This document shows, one piece after another, positions 47,539 through 56,673 of a stretch of 64,000 bases of DNA; positions within the stretch are counted from its first letter, which is position 1, and every line of letters begins with the position of its first letter. The DNA comes from Acidimicrobiales bacterium. Its GTDB lineage: Bacteria; Actinomycetota; Acidimicrobiia; Acidimicrobiales; SZUA-35. The notes under the pieces were generated by a model, which saw nothing but the letters and a program-made list of their open reading frames with translations, searched no databases and was not told where the DNA came from. The translations under genes were made by a program, and so were the position numbers. Location: contig JBBKWJ010000117.1 in assembly GCA_037968895.1 (NCBI GenBank), forward strand, positions 16,497 through 80,496. The letters are read 5' to 3'.

Positions 47539-48263
47539 TGTGCACCTTCGGCCCGTCGTTCTTCGATTGCAGCGTCGATACCGGCGCTTTCCAGTTGGGT
47601 TTCAAGCCAACCAATCCGGAAGCGGTGAATGAGTAGCCAGGCGAAGACAAGCGACTCGAACACGGCTCCGAGAAAGAAACTAAACAGCATCGAATCGTCG
47701 ATCTGAATGTCGGCTGGGTTCAGAGTTGCTCCCTGGTGAAGGCTTCGCCACCACGCAACCGAATAGCGAACGATGATGACGTTGAGGAAGCTGATGATGC
47801 CAAGCACGGCGGCCCGCCGGGAGCGAACGTCTGCTGGCATGTCGAGGCGGCGTACTGCCAGGTAGCCGAGGAAAAGAATGAAAGTGATTGCGGTCGAGGT
47901 CAGGCGGGCGTCCCACGTCCAGTAGACACCCCAGGTTGGGCGCCCCCAGAGCATCCCTGTCACGAGCGTGAATGCGCAGAACAACACGCCAATCTCCGCC
48001 GAGGCCCACGCAACGAGGTCCCAGAACTGTGAACCCTTCCAGAGGTAGATCGCGCTACCAACGGCTGTCACGCCAAACGCTAGGTAGAGGCTCACGATCG
48101 CCGCTGGCACGTGAATATAGAAGAGGCGAACTGAGTCGGCCTGGCTGATCTCAGGGGGCGAGATGAAGAGGGCGTATGCCAGGAAGACGACGCCGACGGC
48201 CAGGGTCAGAAAACCGAGTCGAGTGGTGACCTTTGACGCCGTACCAAGGGTGGCATCGTTCAT
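47535..48263 (-). CDS. ccmC: Heme exporter CcmC
   Basis: R.FYIHVP.A, WWD motif WGRPTWGVYWTWDARLT, WW.SLHQ. Confidence 0.96.
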   Translation of the reverse strand: MNDATLGTASKVTTRLGFLTLAVGVVFLAYALFISPPEISQADSVRLFYIHVPAAIVSLYLAFGVTAVGSAIYLWKGSQFWDLVAWASAEIGVLFCAFTLVTGMLWGRPTWGVYWTWDARLTSTAITFILFLGYLAVRRLDMPADVRSRRAAVLGIISFLNVIIVRYSVAWWRSLHQGATLNPADIQIDDSMLFSFFLGAVFESLVFAWLLIHRFRIGWLETQLESAGIDAAIEERRAEGAQ

Positions 48264-48273
48264 GCTGTCTCCC

Positions 48274-48966
48274 TCACGTCTCGTCCAATAGCAGCCCAAA
48301 TGAGACTATCCCCGCAGCGGTGTAAAGCAGGGCGAAAGCCGCCACCAAACCAGCGACAGGCCAACCGTCACTCGTCGGGCCATACAGCGCCGATTCTGTT
48401 GCCCTCGTTGCTCCGAGCAAGACCGGCGACAAAGCGGGCAGCACCAGCAGGGGAACCAGCGTGTCTCGGGCTGACTGACCAGCAGCGAGCGCTCCGTACA
48501 GCGTGCCAGTCGCTGAGATCGCAACGGTTGTCGCAATGACGACGGCAATCAGCAGCAGCGGAGCAGCCAACTGGACGTTGAATAGGACGACGGCCCCTAC
48601 GCCGAGCAAAACCTCAAGAATGATGAGCTGCAGAAACACTGCGGCTGCCTTGCCAAGAAAGATGCCGGCGGGGTCAATTCCGGCAAGACGAAGTGCGTCG
48701 AGGCTGCCATCGGTTGACTCAACGGCGAACGAGCGACCAAAGGCCAACAACGCGGCGAACAAGACCGCAATCCAGAACAGCCCTGGGGCCACTTCGGTTA
48801 GGACCGATCGGTTGGCGTCACCAACCACGCGTCGATCAGGCGAGACACCAAATCCGAACAAGATGAGCACGATGAAACCGAAGGGCAGCACCTGTGTGGT
48901 TAGGACCCGCGAAGACTTCTCGATGCGAAGGTCCTTCATTGCAATCAACCTGGCGTCGCGGATCAT
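48274..48966 (-). CDS. ccmB: Heme exporter permease CcmB
   Basis: KDLRIE, PG..W, F..E..DGSL, L.P.L.LP...PVL. Confidence 0.92.
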   Translation of the reverse strand: MIRDARLIAMKDLRIEKSSRVLTTQVLPFGFIVLILFGFGVSPDRRVVGDANRSVLTEVAPGLFWIAVLFAALLAFGRSFAVESTDGSLDALRLAGIDPAGIFLGKAAAVFLQLIILEVLLGVGAVVLFNVQLAAPLLLIAVVIATTVAISATGTLYGALAAGQSARDTLVPLLVLPALSPVLLGATRATESALYGPTSDGWPVAGLVAAFALLYTAAGIVSFGLLLDET

Positions 48967-49661
48967 GGGCACGCCCCGTTAGCGATTCTGCCGCCGGCCA
49001 CAACAACCGACCGGGTCGCCAGCGCTGCAATTCGGTCGGGCTCATGGGAGGCGATCATCGCGGTGGCCCCAGACTCGACTGCCTGCCGCACCAACGAATC
49101 AATCAAATCGCGCCCTTCAGCATCAAGCCCGGCATGTGGTTCGTCGAGCAGCCACAGCCGAGGGCGCCGACAGACAAGAATCGCCATTGCGGTTCGACGT
49201 CGTTGCCCCGCGCTGAGTCCTCGTACCGGGACAGAACGAAGCCGGTCCGCGAGTCCAAGTCGTTCTAATGCGGGCTCGATTGACGCCAGATCAGCACCAT
49301 TCGCCTTTGCCCAGAACGTGACGTTCTCCTCGACGCTCAATTCGTCGTATAACGCGTTTGAGTGGCCAAGCAGGCCGACTTGGCGACGAACGCTTCGTCG
49401 GTCGTTTCGCCTCGTCATGTTGAAACCGAGGACTGACGCGTCCCCCCGGTTGACCGGGGCCAGTCCGGCACACACCCGGAGCAGGGTCGTTTTTCCGGCG
49501 CCGTTAGGGCCCGTCAGGAGTACAACCTCACCGGGACCAACCGAAAGGTCTACTCCAGCAAGGGCTGGGAAGCGACCGATAAGGCTTACAACGGCCGCGA
49601 GCTTAACGACGTTTGTGCCGTGTGGCTGGGCTTGGTCGCCAGCTAAAGGATCATTGACCAC
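48963..49661 (-). CDS. ccmA: Heme ABC exporter ATPase CcmA
   Basis: GPNGAGKTT, LSAGQRRR, LWLLDEP, SH. First gene of the ccm operon. Confidence 0.92.
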   Translation of the reverse strand: MVNDPLAGDQAQPHGTNVVKLAAVVSLIGRFPALAGVDLSVGPGEVVLLTGPNGAGKTTLLRVCAGLAPVNRGDASVLGFNMTRRNDRRSVRRQVGLLGHSNALYDELSVEENVTFWAKANGADLASIEPALERLGLADRLRSVPVRGLSAGQRRRTAMAILVCRRPRLWLLDEPHAGLDAEGRDLIDSLVRQAVESGATAMIASHEPDRIAALATRSVVVAGGRIANGACP

Positions 49662-49754
49662 AGCCAGAAACGATAGTCCGGGGCATGTAAAATCCCGGAA
49701 AATTCTCTCCCCGCCACCACCACGCTCGACGACTCACTTAGGCTTCTCGCACTC

Positions 49755-50855
49755 ATGAACACGCGCACTGCAACCATCATCGGCGGAATCGGGCAATCGC
49801 TTATTGCGCTTGGCCTCTGCGTCCTCCTCTTTGCGGGCTTTCAGCTCTATGGCACTGGCCTGCAAACGAAGGCTTCCCAAGACGATCTCGCCACCGAGTT
49901 CGCCGCCCAGGTTGCCGAGGTCGAACGAATCGCTGCGAGCACGACCACACAAACCCCAACTACCACATCAACTGCGGTCGAAACCAGCGCTGACGAGGCG
50001 AGTGAAACTACTACCTCCGACGACGCCACCATCGAAGCAGCAGTTGACGAAAGCCAGCCGCCGCTGGTTGCCGATGCGTTGGCCGAGGCGCTTTTACCGA
50101 AGACCGAGGAGATCGCTGGCCGCATCGAGATCGACAGCATCGGTGTCGACTGGTACTACGTCGAGGGAGTCACCCGCGATGCGCTGCGAAAGGGGCCGGG
50201 CCACTACCCAGACACCCCTTATCCTGGGCAAGCGGGCAACGCCGCCATTGCCGGGCACCGCACCACATACGGCTCACCGTTTGCCTCGATCGACCGGATT
50301 GAACCGGGTGACAGCATCAAAATCACCACGGCACAGGGCGAATTCTATTACGAGGTGTTGCCATACGACGACGGTGAAGGAAACGAAGTAGGCCACCTGA
50401 TCGTCTCCCCGACAGACGTCGAAGTAGTTGAAGACCAGGGTGACAACCGCATCACACTCACCGCCTGCCACCCCAAGTTCTCAGCCAGACAACGCATCAT
50501 CGTGTCAGCCAAGCTCGTCTCAGCGCCCGGCGACCCGCTTCCGACGACCACAACGCTGGTCCCGCTAGGAGCAGACGAACTCGCCACCGAAGACGAAGCG
50601 ACCGGCACGTCAACAAGCGAACCAGCCAACACAGTCGCCGCGAGCAACGACTTCGAGGAGTCATTGGGCTGGCACTACGAAGAAGCGAAACCGGCAGCGA
50701 TTTGGGCCGGACTCGCCTTACTCGTCGCCATCGCCGGAGCGATCCTCGGCTACCGCTGGAAGAAGTGGCCGGCATACGCCCTCACCCTTCTGCCGTTCAC
50801 GCCGCTGTTGTACCTCTGCTTCGTCCGGCTCGACCGATTGCTGCCCGCGTTCTGA
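49755..50855 (+). CDS. Class E sortase with additional C-terminal TM hairpin
   Basis: N-terminal TM, L.KGPGHYP.T..PG..GN.AIAGHRTTYG.PF, TLTACHP, R.IV. Confidence 0.9.
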   Translation: MNTRTATIIGGIGQSLIALGLCVLLFAGFQLYGTGLQTKASQDDLATEFAAQVAEVERIAASTTTQTPTTTSTAVETSADEASETTTSDDATIEAAVDESQPPLVADALAEALLPKTEEIAGRIEIDSIGVDWYYVEGVTRDALRKGPGHYPDTPYPGQAGNAAIAGHRTTYGSPFASIDRIEPGDSIKITTAQGEFYYEVLPYDDGEGNEVGHLIVSPTDVEVVEDQGDNRITLTACHPKFSARQRIIVSAKLVSAPGDPLPTTTTLVPLGADELATEDEATGTSTSEPANTVAASNDFEESLGWHYEEAKPAAIWAGLALLVAIAGAILGYRWKKWPAYALTLLPFTPLLYLCFVRLDRLLPAF

Positions 50856-50889
50856 CGCGTCGCAGCAGTTTGGCACCATACTTCCAGCT

Positions 50890-51564
50890 GTGTCTGTCCG
50901 TCTGCTAGCCATCGGCCTGAGTTCCCTCGTTGCCCTCGCCGGGTGCACCTCACAGACGACGCCAGACGCGGCAGACGGCCCAGCCAGCACCGAGATCGTC
51001 GAAACCACCACAACAACAGCAGCGCCCGTGGTGCTTGCCACTGCCGCCAACCTTGGTCTTCCAATAGGTCAGTGTTGGGACGAGCTTGCCGTCGCCACAA
51101 CGACAACGACCGGTGCGGTGCCAGTGACTGACGACGTGACTGCAACCACCGAGGCGCCGACCACAACCGAGACAACGACGCCTACTCCCCGGGTCGTAGC
51201 CATCGTCGACTGCAATGGCACAAACAAAGGCGAGATCTACTCAAGCTTCTGCATCGGACTTCGCGCCGACGCCGGCGAAGAAGTCGAATCGGCTTCCGGC
51301 GCTCAAACTTCCGACCTGCTCGACCTTGTTCCCTGCCCCGGCGACCCTGATCTTGTGTGGCCGGGGGACCGTGAGCTACGTCGGGGCGCCGCCAGACTCT
51401 GCCTCGATGTATTCACTCAGGTGTTCGCCGAACCATACTCAACCTCGGCTCGCGCCGCGACCGAGCTCACCCCAAACGAGGGCCTTTGGGAACGGGGTGA
51501 ACGCCGAGTTGTCTGTTCTGCCACTCAGCCCCCACCAACCACAACAACTACCTCAGAACCGTAG
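50890..51564 (+). CDS. Thr-rich lipoprotein with septum-formation-like Cys domain
   Basis: Lipobox LAGC, G.C, VDC, C...F, P....W..G.R.V.C. Confidence 0.65.
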   Translation: MSVRLLAIGLSSLVALAGCTSQTTPDAADGPASTEIVETTTTTAAPVVLATAANLGLPIGQCWDELAVATTTTTGAVPVTDDVTATTEAPTTTETTTPTPRVVAIVDCNGTNKGEIYSSFCIGLRADAGEEVESASGAQTSDLLDLVPCPGDPDLVWPGDRELRRGAARLCLDVFTQVFAEPYSTSARAATELTPNEGLWERGERRVVCSATQPPPTTTTTSEP

Positions 51565-51681
51565 GCGTTTGTCCGTCCGCAGCAGCGCAGGTCTCACGCT
51601 TGTTCGCCAGAAGCACAACCCGCGGCGCGAGAACCGCTACCCTCGGTGCTGGCTCCTGTCGGCGATGAGAGAGGCAATGCC

Positions 51682-52371
51682 ATGCTTTTGACACTCCTAG
51701 CGGTCACCGCGGGACTCGTAGGTGGATACTTCCGCAAAGGTCAACTGACCAACATGGTTACGCTCGCGCCCAAGTGGCTCGTGCTCCTCGTGCCCGCACT
51801 GGTGTTGTACGTAGCAAGCGCAGTCGGTATTCCCAGCTATTCGATGAACCTCACACTCATTGCTACCTTTGCCCTCGCCGTCGCGTTGTTCCGAAACTAT
51901 GAGATCAGAGGCGCCGCAATCATCGGCCTCGGACTGGCCAGCAACCTTCTCGTCCTTGTACTGAATGGTGGCATTCCAGTTCGACCAGAGTCGGTTGAGC
52001 GAATCTCCGACGGAGTGTTCGATCCCGGAACGCTTCGTGCCATCGAACAAGTCGAGGGGCCCGACACAGTTCTTGCAGCACTCGGCGACATCATTCCTGT
52101 GCCGCTCTTCAACACCATCGTTTCCTTCGGCGACCTCATCGCACTCGCAGGCCTAATCGTGCTCATCGTCAATGCCACACTGCGACACGGTCAATCCAAC
52201 CTCATCAGCGTCGACGATCTTTTCGCCGAATTTGATATCGAACCAGTGCCAGCAGAAGCGACAATCGACTTGCGCGAGCCAACAGATTCAATCGACCTCA
52301 CCGAGCAGCAAGCGCCCGATGTAGTAATCATCAAGAAATCGGAGCCTTCTGTTGAATTCGGCCAATTCTAA
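51682..52371 (+). CDS. DUF5317-like membrane protein
   Basis: G...N..V...NGG.PV, L..LGD.IP, S.GD motifs. Confidence 0.75.
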   Translation: MLLTLLAVTAGLVGGYFRKGQLTNMVTLAPKWLVLLVPALVLYVASAVGIPSYSMNLTLIATFALAVALFRNYEIRGAAIIGLGLASNLLVLVLNGGIPVRPESVERISDGVFDPGTLRAIEQVEGPDTVLAALGDIIPVPLFNTIVSFGDLIALAGLIVLIVNATLRHGQSNLISVDDLFAEFDIEPVPAEATIDLREPTDSIDLTEQQAPDVVIIKKSEPSVEFGQF

Positions 52372-52618
52372 CGATGACGTCCTTGCCCGTCGGGCGAAGA
52401 TCCAGCGCATGGTCACCGCTGCACTCCGGGTCGGCTACGGCCTCTACGCAGTAGCAAGCACCCTCTTCTTTGTTGGCTACATGACCGGCTTCCAACCAGC
52501 CCTCGCCGTGATGATTATCATTTGCCTCGTTGTCGGAGGCTTCTGCCTCGCTCCAGGGCTTGTCTTCAACTACGGCATCAAGGCCGCGTGGCGGGCCGAA
52601 CGCCAAGAAGGTCGATGA
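52352..52618 (+). CDS. Small two-TM hypothetical protein
   Basis: Fills the gap between co-directional genes; two hydrophobic helices; ATGA overlap with TetR. Confidence 0.7.
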   Translation: MNSANSNDDVLARRAKIQRMVTAALRVGYGLYAVASTLFFVGYMTGFQPALAVMIIICLVVGGFCLAPGLVFNYGIKAAWRAERQEGR

Positions 52619-53217
52619 GCACGACCCGCCTCCCCGGCCCCGAACGCCGTGTGCAGCTCATGACCGTCGCTCGTTCCGTGCTTGCCGAACGCGGTTTTCA
52701 CGAGACCTCGATGAACGACATCGCTGCCGCGGCTGGCGTCACAAAACCAGTGCTCTACCAACACTTCGCCTCGAAGCGCGAACTCCATACTGCCGTGCTC
52801 ACCGACATCGGGCGCCGGCTACAAGACACCGTCATTGCGTCCGCCGCAAGTGCCGACACGCCAAAAGGGCAGGTCGAGGCGGGCTTTGAGGCCTACATCC
52901 AGTTCGTTGAAGACGACCCAGACGGGTTCAGCCTTCTCTTCAGCGGAAGCAGCCGCCAAGACCCCGAGTGGGGAATCGTGACCAGCAACGTCGAGCTTTC
53001 CATCGCAGACGCCATCGCATCACTCATCGCCGTCGAAGGCATGAGTAAGCACCACCGCCTCACGCTCGCCCACGGCATTGTCGGTCTCGCAGAATCAATG
53101 ATGCGATTCTGGCAGCGTGAGGTCGGCACGCTTGACAGAGACGAACTGCTGCGAGACCTTGTCGCACTAGCCTGGGTCGGCCTTCGCGGCCTCGAGCCAG
53201 GCCAAACAAACACCTAA
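52615..53217 (+). CDS. TetR/AcrR-family regulator
   Basis: RR.QL...A..V.AERGF..TSM.DIA..AGVTKPVLYQHF.SK. Confidence 0.95.
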   Translation: MSTTRLPGPERRVQLMTVARSVLAERGFHETSMNDIAAAAGVTKPVLYQHFASKRELHTAVLTDIGRRLQDTVIASAASADTPKGQVEAGFEAYIQFVEDDPDGFSLLFSGSSRQDPEWGIVTSNVELSIADAIASLIAVEGMSKHHRLTLAHGIVGLAESMMRFWQREVGTLDRDELLRDLVALAWVGLRGLEPGQTNT

Positions 53218-53240
53218 CCATTCGCTATCCGGAGATCAAC

Positions 53241-54122
53241 GTGCCAATTGCTTCCTTACCTGACGTCGACATCTACTACGAGACAATGGGTGATCCGTCG
53301 GGCGAGCCGCTTGTGCTCGTCATGGGGTTCACCGCCCAGCTGATCACGTGGCCGACCGGCTTCTGCGAGCATTTGGTTGATCTTGGATACTTCGTTATTC
53401 GTCATGACAACCGTGATTGCGGGCTGTCAGGCAAGACCGGTGGCGATCTGCCAGACGCTATGACCATCATGACCCAGGCCCAATCTGGCCAGGAGATCAC
53501 CGTTCCCGTGCCATACACGCTCTCCCATATGGCAGGCGATGTCATTGGCCTACTCGACCATCTTGAGATTGACGACGCCCACGTCGTCGGTGCATCGATG
53601 GGCGGCATGATCGTGCAAACGCTCGCCATCGAACACGCAAACCGCATCAAGTCGGTCACCTCGATCATGTCGACCACAGGCGACCCAGCAGTCGGCAATG
53701 CGGCTCCGGAAGCAATGGCTGCGTTGCTCACGCCAGCTCCCCTAGAGCGCGATGCCGCCATTGTGCATGGGGTCAAGGCCAGCCAAGTCATTGCTGGCCC
53801 GTTGTGGGACGAGACTGAGTCGCTTCGGCGGACCACGGCGGCCTACGACCGATCGAACTACCCGGAAGGTGCAACCTTTCAGATGGCGGCCATCTTTGCA
53901 TCCGGCGACCGCACAGAGCGCCTAGCTGACGTTGATCTGCCGTTCCTCGTCGTTCATGGACTCGTCGACCAACTCATCAACGTGACAGGGGCGCACGCCA
54001 CTGCGGCCGCAGTGCCAAACGCCGACTTGTTCGTGCTGTCGAATATGGGCCACGATATTCCGCCCCAGTACTGGCCACAGCTAACCACCGCAATCCACGG
54101 CATCGCCAACCGGGTTCTTTAA
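53241..54122 (+). CDS. Alpha/beta hydrolase
   Basis: DNRD.GLS, GASMGG nucleophile elbow, HG..D, MGHD. Confidence 0.93.
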   Translation: MPIASLPDVDIYYETMGDPSGEPLVLVMGFTAQLITWPTGFCEHLVDLGYFVIRHDNRDCGLSGKTGGDLPDAMTIMTQAQSGQEITVPVPYTLSHMAGDVIGLLDHLEIDDAHVVGASMGGMIVQTLAIEHANRIKSVTSIMSTTGDPAVGNAAPEAMAALLTPAPLERDAAIVHGVKASQVIAGPLWDETESLRRTTAAYDRSNYPEGATFQMAAIFASGDRTERLADVDLPFLVVHGLVDQLINVTGAHATAAAVPNADLFVLSNMGHDIPPQYWPQLTTAIHGIANRVL

Positions 54123-54129
54123 CTCTTCC

Positions 54130-54564
54130 CTACCAACTCTGCTGGATGTAGCCCTGGAGATGCCGTGATTCTTCTTCGAGGTCGGTAAGCCTGGCTTTGA
54201 CGACGTCGCCGATACTCACGATGCCAGCGAGCTTCTCGTCTACAAGGACGGGGAGATGGCGAATGCGATGACTCGTCATCAATGCCATTAACTCCTCAGC
54301 GGTGTTCTCAGGTGTGCAGGTGAGGACGTCGGCAGTCATGATGCTCGAGACTGGCTGGTCGAGCAGCCCGGCTCCTTGGCTGGCCAATTCACGGACGACG
54401 TCGCGTTCAGACAAAATGCCGTTAACCCCAGCGCCGTCGTTCGATACAACAAGGGCGCCAACTCCGTGGCCCTTGAGCTCAGCGACAGCCTCAGCGACAT
54501 TGATCGCACCGGTTATCGTCGCTACAGCGTTGCCTTTTCCACCCAGGATTTCTGACACATGCAT
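54130..54564 (-). CDS. Stand-alone CBS-pair protein
   Basis: GALVV, GILSERD, IMT, RIRHLPV, GIVSIGDVVK. Confidence 0.93.
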   Translation of the reverse strand: MHVSEILGGKGNAVATITGAINVAEAVAELKGHGVGALVVSNDGAGVNGILSERDVVRELASQGAGLLDQPVSSIMTADVLTCTPENTAEELMALMTSHRIRHLPVLVDEKLAGIVSIGDVVKARLTDLEEESRHLQGYIQQSW

Positions 54565-54612
54565 GCTGCGGACTCCCCATTGGTTGCTCGTCCAAGCATG
54601 GCGTCAAAGTGC

Positions 54613-54636
54613 TCCTAGTGTCAAGAGTCACTAGGA
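54613..54636. promoter_or_regulatory. Palindrome with GTG-N8-CAC core overlapping a TTGACA -35 of the CBS gene
   Basis: TCCTAGTGTC-aaga-GTCACTAGGA; minus strand reads TTGACA-N18-CATGCT. Confidence 0.55.
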
Positions 54637-54646
54637 CCTGCCCAGC

Positions 54647-55447
54647 TCAGGACCGGAGCATCGCAATCGCCTTTTCGTGAAGCTCCGGGGTTGCGGCTCC
54701 AACGACATACCCAGCCCCAATGGCCGGTCCGCCATCGAGACGCTGGATGACTCCGCCTGCGGCTTCGACGGTCGGAACAATTGAGCCGACGTCGTAGCTG
54801 TGCAGCTGGTTCTCAATCACCAGATCAATCGTGCCGTCGGCAAGCAGGAGCCAGTTCATACAGTCGCCACCGAAGCGGCTGAGCTTGCACTCCCTTTCGA
54901 CAGCCCAGAACCGGTCGAGCTCAGGGCCAGGCGCAAACATCGAAGGGTGCGTGCAGGCCATGGTGGCAGCGGCAAGCGAGGTGACCGCGCTCGTTGCCAT
55001 CGCTCGGGTTGCGCCGCTACGCCCCGTCATCTGCGCCGATCCTCCTGCAGCCACGTACATCTCATCAAGAACGGGCAAATACGACCAACCCGCGATGGGG
55101 ACATCACCCTCGTAGAGCCCAACGAGCACGCCCCACATTGGCTGGCCCGTAACAAAGGCCCGCGTGCCGTCGATGGGGTCGATGATCCACCGCCGACTGC
55201 CCGAACCGCTTGTGCCTCTTTCCTCGCCCACAATTGCGTCGTGCGGAAACAGATCAGCGAGTCCGTCTCGCAGCACATCTTCAACTGCTCGATCGGCGAT
55301 GGTGACTGGGTCGTAGCCGCTGACGGCCTTGTTCTCGGTCTCACCAATGAGCGACGGCTGGCGAAACCACTTGAGTGAGACCGCTGCGCTTCCTCGCACC
55401 AACGAGGTAACTGATTCGATCATCTCTTGTGTCAGCGCTGCAGACAT
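54647..55447 (-). CDS. Inositol monophosphatase family (HisN-like)
   Basis: DPVT.AD, GEE, WIIDPIDGT, YD. Confidence 0.9.
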   Translation of the reverse strand: MSAALTQEMIESVTSLVRGSAAVSLKWFRQPSLIGETENKAVSGYDPVTIADRAVEDVLRDGLADLFPHDAIVGEERGTSGSGSRRWIIDPIDGTRAFVTGQPMWGVLVGLYEGDVPIAGWSYLPVLDEMYVAAGGSAQMTGRSGATRAMATSAVTSLAAATMACTHPSMFAPGPELDRFWAVERECKLSRFGGDCMNWLLLADGTIDLVIENQLHSYDVGSIVPTVEAAGGVIQRLDGGPAIGAGYVVGAATPELHEKAIAMLRS

Positions 55448-55630
55448 CGGTCCCCTGTTTCAGCTGGCGGGTCGCCAACACTACCCGTCATCCGTGGTTG
55501 CTGACTGCTTACTCCTCGCCGAGCGATCAGACATGGGTCAAACGGCCCATGACCCTTGTCACACCTATGACCTAGGATGTTGGTCCCCCGACAACGGCGT
55601 CAGGGGAGATTGAGCAAGGCGGGCAAAATA

Positions 55631-55810
55631 ATGCTGAGGATTCCGTTTGACGGACCGAGCCTCGAAGGACGACGGGCGATCGTCTCTACAGGCCGAGAAA
55701 TGATTCGCGGTGTCGTTGTGGCCGCAGACCGATTTGGCGTCAGCCTCGCGGTTGACGGCATTATCCGAGAGATTCCGGCCAGCGAAGTCCGAGTCATTTC
55801 GCCGGCCTAG
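55631..55810 (+). CDS. 59-aa hypothetical protein, predicted small beta-barrel (Sm/SH3-like)
   Basis: Fills an otherwise empty gap; alternating hydrophobic beta pattern; stop overlaps the convergent stop (CTAG). Confidence 0.55.
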   Translation: MLRIPFDGPSLEGRRAIVSTGREMIRGVVVAADRFGVSLAVDGIIREIPASEVRVISPA

Positions 55811-56673
55811 ACAGCTGTTGGGCGCGTCGGCGGCTGGACATATTGCCAACCGAATCGTCCCTTAATGCAGAGATGTCCGCTGGTGACCGAATGGTCAGAC
55901 GGCGACGTGACCTTGACGATTGTTTCGTCTTGGACGTGAAGCTCGAGGTTGCAGCCAACACCGCAATAGGAACAAACCGTGCGTGTGACTGACTGCTCTT
56001 CGGGCTTCCACGCGTCAACCTGGCGCAGGTCCCACTCGGTCTTGAACTGCAAGGCGTTGGTCGGACATACGGCCACACAGTTGCCGCAGTAAACACACGC
56101 CGAATCAGGCAGGGCGACATCGAACTCGGTTGAGATCCGGGCGCCCATGCCGCGTCCGACAACCGCGATGGCAAACGTGTGCTGGGCATCGTCGCCGCAC
56201 GCCTCGACACACTTCATACAAAGCACGCACTTGTCGTAGTCGCGGATGTACAAGTCGTCTTGCACTCGTATCGGCTCGTTCATCTTCTCGGGCGTTGCGC
56301 CATATCGTGACGCGTCTGCGCCATAGTGCTCACCCCAGGCGTTGAGGTCATCAGCTTGGCTTAGGTCGACGCCGGAACCAAGAAACTCGATCAACATTTT
56401 GCGGCTGTGTCGCACTCGCTCGCTGTCGGTCTCGACAACCATGTCTTCTTCGACCGGCCGTGAGCACGACGGCACCAGTGTCCGCGACCCTTTGACCTCG
56501 ACGACACAAACGCGGCACACGTTGACTGGCGTGAGGTTCTCTGAAAAGCAGAGGGTTGGCGTGGATACCCCGGCCTTGTTGCAGGCGTCGAGGATCGTTG
56601 AGCCTTCGGGAACTGCCACCGCCGCACCATCGATCGAGACGGTAACTTCGTTCACCACTGTCTGAGTTTTCAC
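55807..56673 (-). CDS. Fe-S subunit equivalent to the N-terminal part of the NAD-dependent FDH alpha chain
   Basis: [2Fe-2S] (PTLC...CRVC...SC), two [4Fe-4S] motifs (CVLCMKCVEAC, CVYCGNCVAVCP), then CSYCGVGC...LCIKGRFG. Confidence 0.9.
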   Translation of the reverse strand: MKTQTVVNEVTVSIDGAAVAVPEGSTILDACNKAGVSTPTLCFSENLTPVNVCRVCVVEVKGSRTLVPSCSRPVEEDMVVETDSERVRHSRKMLIEFLGSGVDLSQADDLNAWGEHYGADASRYGATPEKMNEPIRVQDDLYIRDYDKCVLCMKCVEACGDDAQHTFAIAVVGRGMGARISTEFDVALPDSACVYCGNCVAVCPTNALQFKTEWDLRQVDAWKPEEQSVTRTVCSYCGVGCNLELHVQDETIVKVTSPSDHSVTSGHLCIKGRFGWQYVQPPTRPTAV

